NCBI GenBank assembly: GCA_977018835.1
Contig: OZ361256.1
Span: 248,001-312,000, forward strand
Length of the DNA stretch: 64,000 bases
DNA from: Minutocellus sp. GHC0000111
Taxonomy: Eukaryota
Direction of reading: 5' to 3'
Under the pieces are notes generated by a model that did not search any database, had not been told where the DNA came from, and saw only the letters and a list, made by a program, of their open reading frames with translations. The position numbers and the translations under genes were made by a program. Position 1 is the stretch's first letter, and each line of letters opens with the position of its first letter. Below are positions 60,897 through 64,000 of this stretch, in pieces.

Positions 60897-61886
60897 TTAC
60901 TTTAGTTGTTGATGAATTGCCCCCCTGGCTAATGTTTGGCTTCTGCATACTAGTAGAGTACATGTCGAAAAGTACCTCCTTCCCATGCCCACGCTTCGGC
61001 TCCGCTCGCTCTTTGCCAAATTTTTTCCCATGTGATCGACAAGAACTTCGATAAAATCTTTTGGACTGTCCAGATACACCGGATGGCCACCTTTCAGTTC
61101 TACTTTCGCTGCGCCAATCAATTCAACAAGCTTTTGAGATGACTGGCCGCCGGCCACAGGATCTTCAGAACCATAGACGGCAAGAACAGATATATCCGCA
61201 AATATTGCCATGGCTTCTTCATCTGCCTTCAAAATGCCACCGCATGCCACAGGGACCCACATCGCTACAACATCTTTGATTGGTCGAGATCCATTTTTCA
61301 CATCATCTGCCTCACCAAGGGTTAGCATAGCTTTGCCTGATGCTGACGGCGTAACTATTACAATGGGATCTCCACTCAAAACCTTCTCTCGTACCAACGC
61401 ATCGAATACATTCAAAAGTGCTGCACCATTGGCGCTGACCGATAAATCCAGAGCAGTCACCGAGAGGCCTGGTCGCTTCTTGCTATCTTTGCAAAGACTC
61501 TTCATAATGCCCGAACTCTTCCAATCTTCCTTCGTAAATCGAGCTCCATGCAACAGCAATAGTTCACCGTGTCCAGTCTTCTTGCCATAAGATGGCGTAT
61601 GCCTCGGCCCGCAGTGAAAATATGCAACTTGTTCCTCTTTTTGATCGATATCTACGCTCACCTTCCCTTCGACTATGTCAATATCGACCTGCGCCACATG
61701 CATGGATTGTGCCGATGAAACGGCAGTAGATCCAGCTTGGCCTCCTCGTAATGATTTCGACATCAGAGCAAGAAGAACACCGGTCAGGAGGAGGAGGAAC
61801 GCAATCCATTTCGACTCAAAGTAGTCTCTGACTGCAGAATACTTCTCGCTTCGCCGATTGTTGTGATTCGCCGATATCTTTACCAT
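60897..61886 (-). CDS. ABHD14-like alpha/beta hydrolase with N-terminal TM anchor
   Basis: Motifs LLLLHGARFTKEDW, VTPSASG, LAVYGSED, GGHPVYLDSP..F. Confidence 0.8.
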   Translation of the reverse strand: MVKISANHNNRRSEKYSAVRDYFESKWIAFLLLLTGVLLALMSKSLRGGQAGSTAVSSAQSMHVAQVDIDIVEGKVSVDIDQKEEQVAYFHCGPRHTPSYGKKTGHGELLLLHGARFTKEDWKSSGIMKSLCKDSKKRPGLSVTALDLSVSANGAALLNVFDALVREKVLSGDPIVIVTPSASGKAMLTLGEADDVKNGSRPIKDVVAMWVPVACGGILKADEEAMAIFADISVLAVYGSEDPVAGGQSSQKLVELIGAAKVELKGGHPVYLDSPKDFIEVLVDHMGKNLAKSERSRSVGMGRRYFSTCTLLVCRSQTLARGAIHQQLK

Positions 61887-62278
61887 GATAAAGAAGAATT
61901 CGCTAGGAACGAATCTTACCTCTTGAACCACCGAGAATTGCAGAATGAGCAGTTGCAGTTGGCGGGTTGTTGCGTCGATTTGAGATTTGCGATGTTGGCG
62001 CTTTGTTGACTTGGATGGCGTCGTTTGCCGTACTCTGCACGTCAAATCGAAGCTCGGTGTTCTGTAAGTCCACGTCATCCTTTTTTCCAAACCCAGAGCG
62101 GCAAGTACATGTAAGTTGCAAAGTTGACGCCTTGGAGGATGTCTCTACCGGTACCGATACCATGGTACGAGCCTCTAGCTAGATAGAGGAACTCACGTGA
62201 GTCTACGAGTAAAGATCTGATTACAGTACCCCCTATATATACATGTAGCTAACAGTAGTTGAATTGCATTTTTACTTT

Positions 62279-63529
62279 TCAGTCTGTTCTTTCATCTTCA
62301 CCCTCCTTGTGTGGATCCTCGCCAACATCTTTCGCGTCTCCTGTCGTTGCTCTTGCCTGGCGACGCTCGGCCGCCGCAAGTGCAAGTTCCTGCGGAGTGT
62401 TGTGTCCTCCCTGTCCTCTAGCCTGAGCGCCACCATTTAAATCCATCGAAGATCCACCTGCTCCACCAAGTCTCTGCCCAGCTGCGTCAACAGTTTTACC
62501 CTCAGCTTCGAATTCTTCACATCTCTTTAATATAGCTGGTGCCACAGCACCGAGAGGGATGCCATGCTGAGCCATTTCTCTCGCCACTTCCTTCAGCACA
62601 CTGTCGCAGATCACCTTCAATCCTCCAGTACAGAGATTTGCAACACCAGCAAGTGAGGCAGTGGTCCTACCGTTGACATAATATGCCGAGGCAGCAAGTG
62701 AGGCGTGACGATGCAGATATTCCACTCTCATTTGTCCATAATTCGCCCAAAACAAGGCGTCATGCTCTGCTACCCAGTTGTGGGATAGTTCGTGAATCAA
62801 CGTTTCAACCACTTTTTCGTAAGGAATGAATCCATTGAGGTCATCCGGACGAAGCTTTACATCGATCCGCAAACCCTGATTTGTATTGTATCCCAGCAAA
62901 CATGCACCCTCCTGCTGCTTCTTTTGCATCAGTCGATCATCTATAGGATCCATTTCTCCCAGTGTATTTACCACCAACTCCCTCTCCACCATGATTGCCA
63001 CAATGCCTGGATCGGTCGACAATTTCTCAAGAAGTCGACGCGCCTCGAAGTCGTGAGGTGTGTTGCTGTTGGGTCGATGCCCGAATGATTGCCAGCTGCA
63101 TTGCTCGATACGAACAAACTTGTAATGTCGATGTTGGGCAGTCTTGGGACCCCAATACAAATTCTTGGCCTCAACTCCAATTTGCTTTTCGTTGTCAAAT
63201 CCTCTCATCAACGGGTCAGACTGACGCGCATTGAGTTCCGAAACATCCTCGATAAGGGAGGCCATGATGACGATTTTCGGCACAGGCTTGGGGTTGATAC
63301 CGGGCGGAAAGACTGCAGATGCCTCGTCGCCATTGCCCAACACCTTGCCCTTGAGAATCAGTTTTATCTTGGTTCGTTCATCATCTGCCAACTCGTCCGG
63401 AAATGCCTCTCTTGCGACAGCGTGCAATGACGAAGACGAGATGTTTGTGGGCACGGCGACGCGCTTCGTTTCAGGAAAGACAAACTTCACTTCAATTTGA
63501 GGAGATTGGGTACTAGCAGAGGTCTCCAT
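62279..63529 (-). CDS. Ubiquitin-like plus WLM-domain metalloprotease (Wss1 family)
   Basis: N-terminal UBL (IKLILKGKVL). Motifs LLGYNTNQG..I..KLR, TLIHELSHN..AEHD..FW, G.RLGG, AAERR. Confidence 0.9.
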   Translation of the reverse strand: METSASTQSPQIEVKFVFPETKRVAVPTNISSSSLHAVAREAFPDELADDERTKIKLILKGKVLGNGDEASAVFPPGINPKPVPKIVIMASLIEDVSELNARQSDPLMRGFDNEKQIGVEAKNLYWGPKTAQHRHYKFVRIEQCSWQSFGHRPNSNTPHDFEARRLLEKLSTDPGIVAIMVERELVVNTLGEMDPIDDRLMQKKQQEGACLLGYNTNQGLRIDVKLRPDDLNGFIPYEKVVETLIHELSHNWVAEHDALFWANYGQMRVEYLHRHASLAASAYYVNGRTTASLAGVANLCTGGLKVICDSVLKEVAREMAQHGIPLGAVAPAILKRCEEFEAEGKTVDAAGQRLGGAGGSSMDLNGGAQARGQGGHNTPQELALAAAERRQARATTGDAKDVGEDPHKEGEDERTD

Positions 63530-63743
63530 TGTGCTTCTTTGATATAAATATATTAAGGGCGATTGGTACGGACGGAACTTTACTCAGGAAAGGCAATGAG
63601 CTGGAATGAAAGATGAATGAATCGAATCATCGAATCGAATCGAATGAATCAGCCCACACGGCGAAGTTCGGCGCTTTTTTTATGCGCCACCCACGCACCG
63701 CCACGCCATGCCACGCCATCGCATCGGCGCCGCGCAACCCATG

Positions 63744-64000
63744 CTATGCCCACCCTTCCCGCCCACACCCGCCCCAATCGCCCGCCCAAGCAAAGCAAGC
63801 TCGTAGCTTGAACAATCTACGGCATGATGCTCGCCAGTTCTCGACGATGAAGCCACTCTCCTTCAACACAAGGCGTGGCAGTAACAGATCGAGAACACCG
63901 TCAATACGAGCATGTTGGAAAGGCATCCTCCAGCTTGCAATTGTCGGAATTCTCTCCACTTATGCCGTTGGTATGTGGCTGGGCTTGCGATATGCTCTTT
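63744..64000 (-). CDS. 3' part of a gene running in from the right edge
   Basis: Coding-like frame (...ARIDGVLDLLLPRLVLKESGFIVENW...). Incomplete; the end is uncertain. Confidence 0.35.

Noticed and set aside
1..64000. tRNA, rRNA or telomeric arrays
   Set aside because: None recognised by eye. A tRNAscan-SE/Infernal run would be needed to exclude small RNA genes.

Overview
Gene-dense eukaryotic nuclear DNA from a diatom or closely related ochrophyte. The evidence is short GT-AG introns, bipartite plastid-targeting leaders with ASAFAP-type motifs, PGR5 and a symbiont-type Derlin. About 30 protein genes are present. TAF1, a RECQ1-like helicase, PGR5, a PsbQ-like lumen protein, an ADPRM-type phosphatase, a START-like protein, a UBL-WLM protease and an ABHD14-like hydrolase look intact. 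About a dozen others carry in-frame stops, frameshifts, deletions or truncations, including Sec24, a HECT E3, sDer1-2, a Tic22-like gene, an EEP nuclease, a lipocalin and a 2OG-Fe(II)-like oxygenase. Non-genic highlights: (i) five same-orientation copies of one non-autonomous TIR transposon family (four of about 1.5 kb and a 296-bp MITE), all keeping a 22-29 bp subterminal hairpin whose arms covary between copies; (ii) a 1,977-bp tandem duplication; (iii) a separate 317-bp fold-back MITE; (iv) a 1.65-kb segment bounded by inverted repeats, where comparing the arms shows palindromic fillers inserted at TA sites, a motif class that is enriched in intergenic DNA across the window. All product calls rest on motif recognition by eye; no searches were run.
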